Positions 55,969-64,000 of a stretch of DNA of 64,000 nt are shown here, piece after piece. A program made the translations under genes and the position numbers. Source of the DNA: Candidatus Binatia bacterium (GTDB lineage: Bacteria > Desulfobacterota > Binatia > UBA9968 > JAJDTQ01); the NCBI GenBank assembly GCA_963666515.2, contig OY762897.2, positions 2,368,001 to 2,432,000 on the forward strand, given 5' to 3'. The notes beneath the pieces are model-generated. The model was not told the DNA's origin. It was given only the letters and a program-made list of their open reading frames with translations, and searched no databases. Positions within the stretch are counted from its first letter, which is position 1. Each line of letters starts with the position of its first letter.

Positions 55969-56796
55969 TCAGGCTGTCCCGTTGGCGAGGATTCCGTGCA
56001 GGTAGAGGTGCAGCACGGGCATGTCCTCGGGCGCGTCGGGCGCCACGCGCTTGCCGAATTCGTAAAGGCTGCCGAGCTGCACCGCCTTCAGGCCCGTGCG
56101 TTCCTCGAGAACGGAGAGGTCGTTGAAGCCGGTGAGCCATTTGACGTTCAGGGTGTTCTGGAACTTGTCGGTGGTGGCGGTGACCCTGTCGTCGCCGGTG
56201 GTCCGGTCGATGATCCTCCTGTCGAAGAAATCGAAGGCGATGCGGAAGGACCGTATCCCGCCGCGCAGCCGGTTGAGGAAGCCGTAGATCAGGTCCTCCG
56301 GCAGGTACATGGTGTTGCCTTCCCAGATGATCAGCATGGGCGCGTCGAGATCGAATCCCACCTCCGCCAGCTTCGCGGCCAGGTCCACCTCCAGATAGTT
56401 GCACGGGATGCCCGCCGACGGGGTCACGCCGCGGGCTTCCAGCAACCTGCTCTTGAACGCCAGCACCGCGGGCTGATCGACGTCGCAGAAACGCACGCCC
56501 TCGCTCTGAAATATCTGAGGCCGCATGTCGAATCCGGCGCCGAGGATGACGACCTGCCGTATGCCGTTCTCGATCTCGTTGTGGGTGATCTCGTCGAACA
56601 GAGCGGAACGGTAGCGGACCAGCTCCAACCCTTCCGGCAGATCCGCGAACACGTGGCGGACCTTGGCCCGGACCTCGTCGTTGACGAACCACTCCGCGTA
56701 GGGGTCCCTGAACAGCGGATGTTCCCGGTCCTTCTCCTGCTCACGGATGCCCGCGATGAAGAATGCTGTAGCGCCGACTTCGTTGATGTCCGACAT
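55969..56796 (-). CDS. SAM-dependent methyltransferase (LCM/TIGR00027-like)
   Basis: DPYAEWF, QVVILGAGFDMR, DVDQP, WEGNTMYL. Confidence 0.88.
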   Translation of the reverse strand: MSDINEVGATAFFIAGIREQEKDREHPLFRDPYAEWFVNDEVRAKVRHVFADLPEGLELVRYRSALFDEITHNEIENGIRQVVILGAGFDMRPQIFQSEGVRFCDVDQPAVLAFKSRLLEARGVTPSAGIPCNYLEVDLAAKLAEVGFDLDAPMLIIWEGNTMYLPEDLIYGFLNRLRGGIRSFRIAFDFFDRRIIDRTTGDDRVTATTDKFQNTLNVKWLTGFNDLSVLEERTGLKAVQLGSLYEFGKRVAPDAPEDMPVLHLYLHGILANGTA

Positions 56797-56889
56797 GATG
56801 AACCCTCCTTACCCCGGATGATAACCGGAAATCTCCGCGGCGCAAACGCAGAGGACACCCCCGGCGGAGAGCTGCCGGCGGTTCCTCGA

Positions 56890-57774
56890 CTACGACAGAT
56901 GCTTCCTGAAGAAGGCCACGGTCCGCTCCCACGCGAGTTTCGCCGCGGCGGCGTCGTAGCGGGGCGTCGAATTGTTGTGGAAGCCGTGGCGCGTGCCGGG
57001 ATAGACATGCGCCTCGTACGGCACGCCGTTGGCCTTCAGGGCGGCCTCGTAGGCCGGAGCCTGCTTGTTGATGCGCGGGTCGTTCTCCGCGTAGTGGATC
57101 AACAGCGCCGCCTTGATCCTGGCGACGTCGTCGGCCGACTTCGGGGCGGAGCCATAGAACGGCACTCCGGCGCTCAGGTCGCTTCCCATCTGCACCGCGA
57201 GGAAGTTGACCACGCCTCCGCCGAAGCAGAAGCCGGTGGCCCCCAGCTTGCCGTTGGACAGCTCGTGGCCCTTGAGATACCGCGCGCTGTTGAGGAGGTC
57301 CGTCCGCAGCTTGCCGCGGTCGAGGCTCCGCTGCATCTTCTTGCCGTCGTCGTCGTTGCCCGGATAGCCGCCGATGGGCGAGAGGCCGTCCGGCGCCAGC
57401 GCGAGAAACCCCGCCACCGCGGCACGCCGGGCGACATCCTCGATATGCGGGTTCAGGCCCCGGTTCTCGTGAACGACGAGAACGGCAGGATACGGGCCCG
57501 CCCCGGCCGGCGCCACCAGATAGCCGCGCATCTTGCCGGAGTTGCCGCCGGGCGAATCGTACGTGACGTAGCGCGCCTTGATACGCTTGTCGGTGAAGGA
57601 GATCGTCTGCGCCCTAGCGTAGCGCGGCAGCATCGCCTGGGCCATCGCCAGCGCCGACCCGCCGACAACGACGAGGGCGGCCGCCCGCCGAAGGAACTCG
57701 CGGCGCTCCATGCTGCTGTGGCAGTACTCGTCATACAGGTCGTAGACCTGCGGATCGATCAGATTCCTGTCCAT
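56890..57774 (-). CDS. Dienelactone hydrolase family protein (YghX-like) with twin-arginine-like segment
   Basis: YDEYCH, RREFL, HENRGLNPHI, GFCFGG, HGFHN. Confidence 0.92.
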   Translation of the reverse strand: MDRNLIDPQVYDLYDEYCHSSMERREFLRRAAALVVVGGSALAMAQAMLPRYARAQTISFTDKRIKARYVTYDSPGGNSGKMRGYLVAPAGAGPYPAVLVVHENRGLNPHIEDVARRAAVAGFLALAPDGLSPIGGYPGNDDDGKKMQRSLDRGKLRTDLLNSARYLKGHELSNGKLGATGFCFGGGVVNFLAVQMGSDLSAGVPFYGSAPKSADDVARIKAALLIHYAENDPRINKQAPAYEAALKANGVPYEAHVYPGTRHGFHNNSTPRYDAAAAKLAWERTVAFFRKHLS

Positions 57775-57924
57775 GACATGCCTCCCTTTTCTTTCAGCAC
57801 GGTTCTTTCAACGTCGCCGAGCCCCGCCTCCGGGACACCCGATCCTGAAGCCATTTTAGGGCGAAGAATTCAAAGCGCAACGCCAAGGCTGCTCGCGGGC
57901 GATGGAGAACTGGTTGGGGTCAGT

Positions 57925-58100
57925 TTTTCTCCGACCTTTTCTCCGACCTTTTCTCCGACCTTTTCTCCGACCTTTTCTCCGACCTTTTCTCCGACCTTTT
58001 CTCCGACCTTTTCTCCGACCTTTTCTCCGACCTTTTCTCCGACCTTTTCTCCGACCTTTACCGACCTTTCTACCGACGTTTTACCGACGTTTTACCGACA
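57925..58100. repeat. 12-bp tandem repeat (TTTTCTCCGACC) x11 plus 4 degenerate units
   Basis: Perfect units at 57925-58056, degenerate TTTTACCGACG-type units to 58100. Confidence 0.97.
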
Positions 58101-58182
58101 TCGCCTTCCAAGATACGTTTTGCCCCAGCCCCAGTTCCGAAGCCGCCCTCCTCGTATCCCGGTTTCCTGCACACACAGGATC

Positions 58183-59364
58183 TCAGATCGGCGGACGGCT
58201 GTTTTCGCCGTACCCCGTAAGTTCCACGTACCCCTGGCCGATGCGTTCACCGCTTTCGGATTCGACCCGGACCGAGCCTTCCCAGTAGAACAGGTTCGGG
58301 ATCAGGGCGCTGCGGTTCTCCTGATCCGGCAGCTTGGGGGTGATCACGGCGCTGATGCCGGCGGACGGGATGTCGAGGTCCCATCGACCGGGATAGGCCG
58401 CGCGCGAGACGGGGCTGGTCCATTCCGCGATGGCTTTCAACTTCCATTCATCGGGAAGCAGATAGCGGACGGCGCCCTCGGGGTCCACGAGCGTAGCGCC
58501 GGCATAACGGGTGCCGCTGTCGCGGTTTCGGAGGACGTAGAGCATGACCTCGCGGCCGTCGTCGAGTTGCAGGCTGAACCAGTCCCACCCTTGCGTGTCC
58601 CCGCCGAGCTGGTTGGAGCCGAATTCCTTGTCCATCCAGCTCGTACCGCTGACCTCCCACTCCTTTCCGTCCAAGCGGACCTTCCCCGTGGTGGCCATGC
58701 GGGTGAGGCTGTAGTAGTGGCTGGCCTCGGTGGCGCCCTCCCCTTTGCGGCTCAGGCCGCCGGGACCCTGGAACACCACGGGCTTGAGCGGACGGGTGGA
58801 GAGGCTGAAACCGAAGGACCGTCCGGTGTCGGCCATGGTGAAGTCGAAGCCCTTGCCGTTCCAACGGAGCTGCCATTCTCCTGGTGTCCCCGGGGGACCG
58901 ACACTCCAGGCTATGCGCGGCTCCGGGTGGCGGCCGAAGCCGGCCAGGAGCGGAGCCGCCCGCACCACCACCTCGCTGAACCGGTGGCGGCCGGTGTCCA
59001 ACTCAGTGACGGCGGCGTGGCCCATGATGATGTTGCCGGCGGCCCATGCGGAACCGGGCGGCGGCGCATCCTTCGACACGCCGATCCTGAAGAACGTGAA
59101 CTGGTAGCCCAGGCGCCGGGCGGGCTCCCCGGCGGTGCGCAGGTGGCCAGTGAAGTACCACCATTCGGTCTTGTAGCCGTCGCGTACCCAGTGGTCTTGC
59201 GGGAACGACCAGACGTAGCCGGGTCGGGCCGGGGTCCAGGCATAGGCCATAAAGTCGGACCACGACATGACGGGCAGCAGCACAAGAACGCACGTCAGTA
59301 GGCCGTTACGGCACCGACCATGCCCGAGGTCCCTGCGCTGAGGCCGAGACGACTTCGGGCTCAT
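58183..59364 (-). CDS. AttH/CrtC-like lipocalin-domain protein
   Basis: FPQDH, TEWWYFTG, GYQFTFFR, SHYYSLT, WMDKEF, GWDWF, YWEG, GYVELTGY. Start position uncertain. Confidence 0.88.
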   Translation of the reverse strand: MSPKSSRPQRRDLGHGRCRNGLLTCVLVLLPVMSWSDFMAYAWTPARPGYVWSFPQDHWVRDGYKTEWWYFTGHLRTAGEPARRLGYQFTFFRIGVSKDAPPPGSAWAAGNIIMGHAAVTELDTGRHRFSEVVVRAAPLLAGFGRHPEPRIAWSVGPPGTPGEWQLRWNGKGFDFTMADTGRSFGFSLSTRPLKPVVFQGPGGLSRKGEGATEASHYYSLTRMATTGKVRLDGKEWEVSGTSWMDKEFGSNQLGGDTQGWDWFSLQLDDGREVMLYVLRNRDSGTRYAGATLVDPEGAVRYLLPDEWKLKAIAEWTSPVSRAAYPGRWDLDIPSAGISAVITPKLPDQENRSALIPNLFYWEGSVRVESESGERIGQGYVELTGYGENSRPPI

Positions 59365-59520
59365 TACACACCTTGCATCTCTGCGCTGGTCGTAGGTGTT
59401 CTTTCGGCTGGGCATGATCTGTCTGTCGGCGTAGGACTCGAACCTTTCGACGAAGTAACAGGGTCGTCGGATTACCGCTCGACGGCTGGGGTCAGATAGG
59501 ACGCGAATTGTACTGAAACG

Positions 59521-61086
59521 TTACGACCGTCTAAATCGTTCCGTCTCCCGTCCTTGGGTGTTTGCCAACGGCAAGGACACTCCTCCTCGAGGCAGATCGC
59601 GTTCCCATATGCTCTTTCTGAGGCACTCGGTCGAAGGCGATAGGCCCTTGGCATATACGACATTGAGAATTGCTGGATCCTGCGCCAAATGGTTCTTGTT
59701 GGCTAGACGCGCTTCCCTAATCAGATAGATTCCCGCCCGCGCCGCGAGGTCGGAATTTCTCGCATCGTGCGCCATAGCTATGGCTCGCCGATAGTGGTGT
59801 TCGCCTTCTTCCAACCGGCCGCGGCGGAAGGCGATTAATCCCTCGGTCGCGGTGACACATATCCGGGGGGTTACGTTCTGGGCCGCACCTTGATTCTTGG
59901 CCACTTTTATGTCCGCCTCAGCCTCGTCGAGCCTGCCGACAGTGGCTAGGGCGAAGGCCCGGTTGTTCAGAAGCGGGAGGTGTCTCGGATTCGCCATGAG
60001 GCCGGCATCGGCAGCCTGGACAGCACCCTCATGATCGCCCAAGTGCGTGGCACGCAAGGATGACAGGGCTACGGCCGGCGTCGAGGCGAAGGGCTCCTCG
60101 TGGTACCAGGCTTTACATGCCGTTTCGGCCTCTCGCCACTGAAGCCTTGCGAAGGCATCACGGGCGCAGGCCTCCGCCGATCCTTTCAAGGCGTCAGGGC
60201 TTGGCACACGAATCAACTTATCGACGTCTCGGGCGGCCCACACCGTCTGCGCGAGACCCAACTCGGCGGGATCGACCACAGCAAGCTGGAACAATTTCCG
60301 CGCCAACCGATGTTTTCCGGCGGCTAGCTCAGCAGTGGCCACGGCCGCCGCGAGCTCGGAGACTTGAAACGGCGGCCGGCCTCCATGCTCAACCACTGCC
60401 AGGGCTCGGCGTACGAAGTGCGAGTGTTTACCAACGAGTTGAGAAAGACCGATTTCCGGTGCCATGAGCCAAGGGTCGGCGAGAAGAAGGGCAGGATCAC
60501 GCCGCAATGTGGCGAGCGCCTGCTCGGGTTTACCCATGTGTTGATAGAGACGGGCCTCGGCGCGGAGGATGAGTCGGTTCGAGGCTCCGGCAAGGCCTCG
60601 CGCTACGGTAAGCGCCCGTTTCGCCTTGGAATATTGTCCGCAGGAAGAGTGGGCCAACGCGAGGTCGAGCCATGCGAATCCGCTCTCACGAACATAGGGG
60701 TCGGCGATGCGGAACGCGTGGATGTCGTCCTTTGTAAGGGAGGTCGGCGTAGGGTGATCGACCGCCAGACCGAGGCAGCTATCGATCAGCCGACGGCCGC
60801 CGCCTAGGTTCTCGCCATAGTGGGCGAGGAATCCGGCTGCTTCCCGGGCCCTTTCAGGTACACCCTCCACCACTGCAATAGCGACGGCTTCGGCTGCGTA
60901 GGGAGCTGCACGATGCTGTCGGAATTCTTCCATAGCGCGCATAAGACCCACTTGCCGCACCTTGCCAAGTGGAGCGGTCTCTGTACTCTTCTCGGCGGTC
61001 AATGCCTCACCGAGCTGGACTGATCGGCCGACCGGTCTCCAACGAGGTATTATGTTCCGAGCCATTTCGCGGCCATCCAATTGCAT
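59521..61086 (-). CDS. TPR-like alpha-helical repeat protein
   Basis: RNIIPRW N-terminus; TPR-like AWLDLALAHSSCGQYSKA, LLNNRAFALATVGRLDEA, ATEGLIAFRRGRLEEGEHHYRRA. Confidence 0.8.
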   Translation of the reverse strand: MQLDGREMARNIIPRWRPVGRSVQLGEALTAEKSTETAPLGKVRQVGLMRAMEEFRQHRAAPYAAEAVAIAVVEGVPERAREAAGFLAHYGENLGGGRRLIDSCLGLAVDHPTPTSLTKDDIHAFRIADPYVRESGFAWLDLALAHSSCGQYSKAKRALTVARGLAGASNRLILRAEARLYQHMGKPEQALATLRRDPALLLADPWLMAPEIGLSQLVGKHSHFVRRALAVVEHGGRPPFQVSELAAAVATAELAAGKHRLARKLFQLAVVDPAELGLAQTVWAARDVDKLIRVPSPDALKGSAEACARDAFARLQWREAETACKAWYHEEPFASTPAVALSSLRATHLGDHEGAVQAADAGLMANPRHLPLLNNRAFALATVGRLDEAEADIKVAKNQGAAQNVTPRICVTATEGLIAFRRGRLEEGEHHYRRAIAMAHDARNSDLAARAGIYLIREARLANKNHLAQDPAILNVVYAKGLSPSTECLRKSIWERDLPRGGVSLPLANTQGRETERFRRS

Positions 61087-61104
61087 TGCGGTCTCTTTTC
61101 CAAT

Positions 61105-62250
61105 CTAGGCTGGTAGCGGCGACGGGCGCTTGAGACGCACCGACGCTTTCTTGCGTAGCAAGTCAAACCCGCTTATGAAGCGGGCGAGCCCGTAAGGTTG
61201 TTCGACGCCAATACGGTTTCGGCGATGACCGCGGCGTGCTGGATTCGGGTGACAGAGTTGATAGGTGAAATCGGTGTGGTCGTGCGCGATCTCGGGGGTG
61301 AGACGCCGGCTCATGTGAGTCTTGAACTCAGTCATCATGGCGCTGTATGCGTGTTCAAGGTGGGGAAGCACGGACTTAAAATCCCCGTACCAACCGCCCT
61401 GACAACGACGAGGCCGCATGCCGATAGAAAGACGATCTATAAGATCAGCGGTAGGGTTACCAAGACCGAAAAGGAAGAAGCTTAGGCTGCCGAGGTGATA
61501 GAGGTCCACGGCTAGCCGAGCTTCGCCCCACTCGGCCGCGCGGTAGCCGTAGAGGAGCTCTGGAGGGCTATAGTGGGGGTCACCGAATACAGTAAGGTCA
61601 TTCAGTTCGGGATGGGGACGATGCTGTCCGGTTGCCGATCCGACATCGCCGATCTTGCTAATCCCCTCGGTTTCGAAATGCATCACGTTGGATGGTTTTG
61701 TGTCCTGATGGGCGACACCGACGCCGTGGAGTTGGGCCAAGGCGGCTGCAACGTCTTTGAGGCAGTTGAACCGCCAAGCGTCGTTGATGCCCTCCGCTAG
61801 GCTGAGGTAAGCACGAACGTCGCCATCGGCCATTTCGAAGATGAGGTAATCGACGCGAGGAACTGGAAACTGACCATCTACCTCGACGCCGTTGGCCTCC
61901 AGCACGCGGACAACACGACTGAGCCTGTGTCGCTGGCAGAGGTCATATAGGAGGTCTCGTTCGAAGAGGTAGCGGTTGGTCATGGTAGCGAGCACATCTG
62001 GCGTGTGTGGTGTGCGAAAGGCCATATGATAGTCGAGCGCCTTCAGGAAAGCCGTTCGACCGTCAGCACTTTTGACCTCATATCCGAAGGAAAAGGTGGA
62101 CCCGCTTAGAGGTGCCGCGCCGTTCAGTTGATCACGGTCTCTTAAGATGCGGATAACTCGCCAGCCGCCAGGGAGTTCGGTCCCCTCAAGGGAAGCGGCA
62201 GCGACAAGCTCGCCGTCGATTGTGACCGGGTTCGGAATGTTGATCTTCAT
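61105..62250 (-). CDS. Hanks-type Ser/Thr protein kinase (soluble)
   Basis: GSTFSFGY loop, AFLKAL, HQDTKPSN, IGDVG, YSPPE, DLYHLG. ATG at 62250 overlaps the upstream TGA. Confidence 0.88.
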   Translation of the reverse strand: MKINIPNPVTIDGELVAAASLEGTELPGGWRVIRILRDRDQLNGAAPLSGSTFSFGYEVKSADGRTAFLKALDYHMAFRTPHTPDVLATMTNRYLFERDLLYDLCQRHRLSRVVRVLEANGVEVDGQFPVPRVDYLIFEMADGDVRAYLSLAEGINDAWRFNCLKDVAAALAQLHGVGVAHQDTKPSNVMHFETEGISKIGDVGSATGQHRPHPELNDLTVFGDPHYSPPELLYGYRAAEWGEARLAVDLYHLGSLSFFLFGLGNPTADLIDRLSIGMRPRRCQGGWYGDFKSVLPHLEHAYSAMMTEFKTHMSRRLTPEIAHDHTDFTYQLCHPNPARRGHRRNRIGVEQPYGLARFISGFDLLRKKASVRLKRPSPLPA

Positions 62251-63260
62251 GGCGTCTTCTCCGAGTAAGCGCGTTCGAGCCTGTCGCTGAGCCGACGCAT
62301 GAATGCAGGCAGTGCGGAAAGCGACGGATCCGGTAGCTCCATACCCAGGTAATGCCTGGCGATCCACGCCGCTTCCTGTGCTTGCGCATAGTCACGGGAG
62401 CGCTTGACGGGCTCGCGGTCGGCACGCTCCGAAACCCAAACTTTGTGTAGCGCGAAAGCACGTGGGTCAACGCACCAGCACCGAAGCGGGAAGCCGTCTT
62501 CGCCGATTACGACGCCGTTCACCTTTGGAGCGTTAACGAGCCACTCGAGACCCTCGATGCCGACGCCGATCAGATCTTCTGGGTTGGTGCCAGCGTCCAT
62601 GACCACATAAGGGTCTTCGACTGGGCGAATCAGATCAACCATGAAGCCTTCTCGGTTAATGGCTCGAAAGAACTGCCGACGGCTGCGCTGGAACGAGCGG
62701 TCAGCGCGCCTGAGGTAGCCGATTACCCCTGAGTGGCGGAAGTCTTTAACTGCCAGGATCAGACTTTGGCGGGCATCCCACAGGAGGTCGACGTCGACGG
62801 TCGCAAGCAGATCGCTTGTCAGGTGGACGCCCGCCAGAGCCTCGTAAAGGAAAAGGCTGTTCGTACCGATGACGAAAATGTTTTGCCCGAGAACCTGCGC
62901 GGCCGCGAGGTGACGGAGAATTCGGCTAGTAATGCGCGGAACGCGGTTCAGGCGAAGCGCACGGTTTACGGGCGCCATCTCTCTGAGACGCGCGCGTAGC
63001 GCGTGGCATCGTTTCCGCTCTGTGTCACGGCCGCTGCGGAACGCGCGGTAAATCTCCTCTGTCTCGTCGGTCTTTCGGCCAAGCGAGATTTCGCTGCTGG
63101 CTTTTTTTCGCAACAGGTAAAGATGGCCCTTCCGTTCGACCCACCGCATAGAGCCAACGAAACGCTGGGCGAGCTCAGCCTTTGATTCTTCCCACGCCTC
63201 GAAGGTCTGGACCACATCGACGAACTGTCGTCTTTGGGCGTTGTTGAGCTCTGCGAGCAT
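62247..63260 (-). CDS. GSU2403-like nucleotidyltransferase-fold protein
   Basis: GSMRW...YL, VIGTNSLFLYE, ATVDVDL, GFMVDLI, DPRAFALHKVWVS, KRSRD. Confidence 0.85.
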   Translation of the reverse strand: MLAELNNAQRRQFVDVVQTFEAWEESKAELAQRFVGSMRWVERKGHLYLLRKKASSEISLGRKTDETEEIYRAFRSGRDTERKRCHALRARLREMAPVNRALRLNRVPRITSRILRHLAAAQVLGQNIFVIGTNSLFLYEALAGVHLTSDLLATVDVDLLWDARQSLILAVKDFRHSGVIGYLRRADRSFQRSRRQFFRAINREGFMVDLIRPVEDPYVVMDAGTNPEDLIGVGIEGLEWLVNAPKVNGVVIGEDGFPLRCWCVDPRAFALHKVWVSERADREPVKRSRDYAQAQEAAWIARHYLGMELPDPSLSALPAFMRRLSDRLERAYSEKTP

Positions 63261-63290
63261 AGTCTACCCTACTAGGTTGTATTACCGCTA

Positions 63291-63347
63291 GTTTCCACTA
63301 TATCTGGAGATTTCTCGAAGTGTAGAGGAAACCAAAGGGTATTGCAA
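63291..63347 (-). promoter_or_regulatory. Sigma70 promoter with overlapping inverted repeat
   Basis: Minus strand TTGCAA(63347-63342)-17 bp-TACACT(63324-63319). The imperfect IR GTTTCCACTATA...TGTAGAGGAAAC (63291-63332) overlaps the -10. Confidence 0.6.
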
Positions 63348-63439
63348 GTAAAATAGTCGCAACTTATTGAGATAACTTTGATTCCCACTTTGAAGATTGA
63401 TTTTGTCTAAGGAAGGGGAAACCGGTCCGGCGGATCGTG

Positions 63440-63485
63440 CCCTTCGACTTCGCTCGGCTGGGCCTCGCTACGCTCAGGACGAACG
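63440..63485. repeat. REP-like element (CCCTTCGAC...GCTCAGGACGAACG type)
   Basis: CCCTTCGACTTCGCTC...CGCTACGCTCAGGACGAACG, intergenic just downstream of the permease. Confidence 0.55.
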
Positions 63486-63521
63486 AAAAATGGGTGACCC
63501 ACCTTTCCCGAGCCCCTTTCC

Positions 63522-64000
63522 TCACGCATCCGCATGGCACAGCTCGTTGGCCGGCGTGCGGCTGGCGCGAAACGCCGGGTAGAGGCTCGCCAGCACTGCA
63601 GCGCACACGATGGCGATGGCCTCCCCGGCCAGGGGCAGCCACGGCCAGGTCCACTCGATGCTCCAGCCGAAGTAGCTCTTCTGGATGACGAAGATCAGCA
63701 CCGCGCCGAGGCCGATGCCGCCGGCGAAGCCCAGGGACAGGCCCAGGAAGGCCATGGCGGCGCCCTTGCTGACGAACAGCAGGAACACTTGGCGGCGGAA
63801 GGCCCCTAATGTGCGGTAGAGGGCGATCTCGCCGGCCTTCTCCTGGGCCACCACGAGCAGCGTGAGGGTGATGGCGCAGGCGGCGATGATCAGGCTCATG
63901 ACCTGGAGGATGCTCGTGACCGCGAAGGTCTGGTCGAAAACGTGCAGCACGTCGTCCTTGAGGCGCCGGTTGCTGCGCACGCGCAGGGAGCCCTGAGGAT
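63522..64000 (-). CDS. FtsX-like ABC permease (AttF/G-like), 5' part outside window
   Basis: VFDQTFAVT, EIALYRTLG, VIQKSYFGWS, LASLYPA. Confidence 0.85.
   Translation of the reverse strand, partial: PQGSLRVRSNRRLKDDVLHVFDQTFAVTSILQVMSLIIAACAITLTLLVVAQEKAGEIALYRTLGAFRRQVFLLFVSKGAAMAFLGLSLGFAGGIGLGAVLIFVIQKSYFGWSIEWTWPWLPLAGEAIAIVCAAVLASLYPAFRASRTPANELCHADA

Noticed and set aside
57925-58100. Possible CRISPR array
   Set aside because: Contiguous 12-bp units with no spacers and no cas genes; it is a tandem repeat.
59428-59447. tRNA T-arm-like AGGTTCGAGTCCT (minus strand) at the islet border, possible att site
   Set aside because: Only 3 bp of T-stem pair, with no acceptor stem or CCA and no integrase nearby.

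Overview
GC-rich bacterial chromosomal window. The SupA-type PKS, Uma2 nuclease and AAA/PD-(D/E)XK genes suggest a marine-sponge-associated symbiont, possibly deltaproteobacteria-like (inference). All family assignments come from motif recognition, not database searches. Main content: amino-acid and acyl-CoA metabolism genes (1-20 kb); a DUF3179 gene with an in-frame UGA and SECIS-like hairpin (probable selenoprotein, 15713-16702); a sup-type type I PKS cluster (hydrolase, ACP, 3418-aa KS-AT-DH-MT-ER-KR-ACP-KS-AT, permease; 20-33 kb); an NTase-like/TPM/LemA operon; a defence islet (C-protein-controlled R-M system with a broken nuclease-HEAT gene, plus AbiE toxin-antitoxin; 35.7-40.4 kb); a co-oriented formamidase/AmiS/FmdB/CrcB/MobA-MoaD/AOR/formate dehydrogenase cluster with a triple palindromic operator (40.4-51 kb); a 12-bp tandem repeat; and a nucleotidyltransferase + Ser/Thr kinase + TPR-like cassette (59.5-63.3 kb) between an ABC permease and its AttH-like partner. 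That last cassette is the best candidate for an undescribed (defence or signalling) system. No rRNA, tRNA, CRISPR array or intact transposase was seen.
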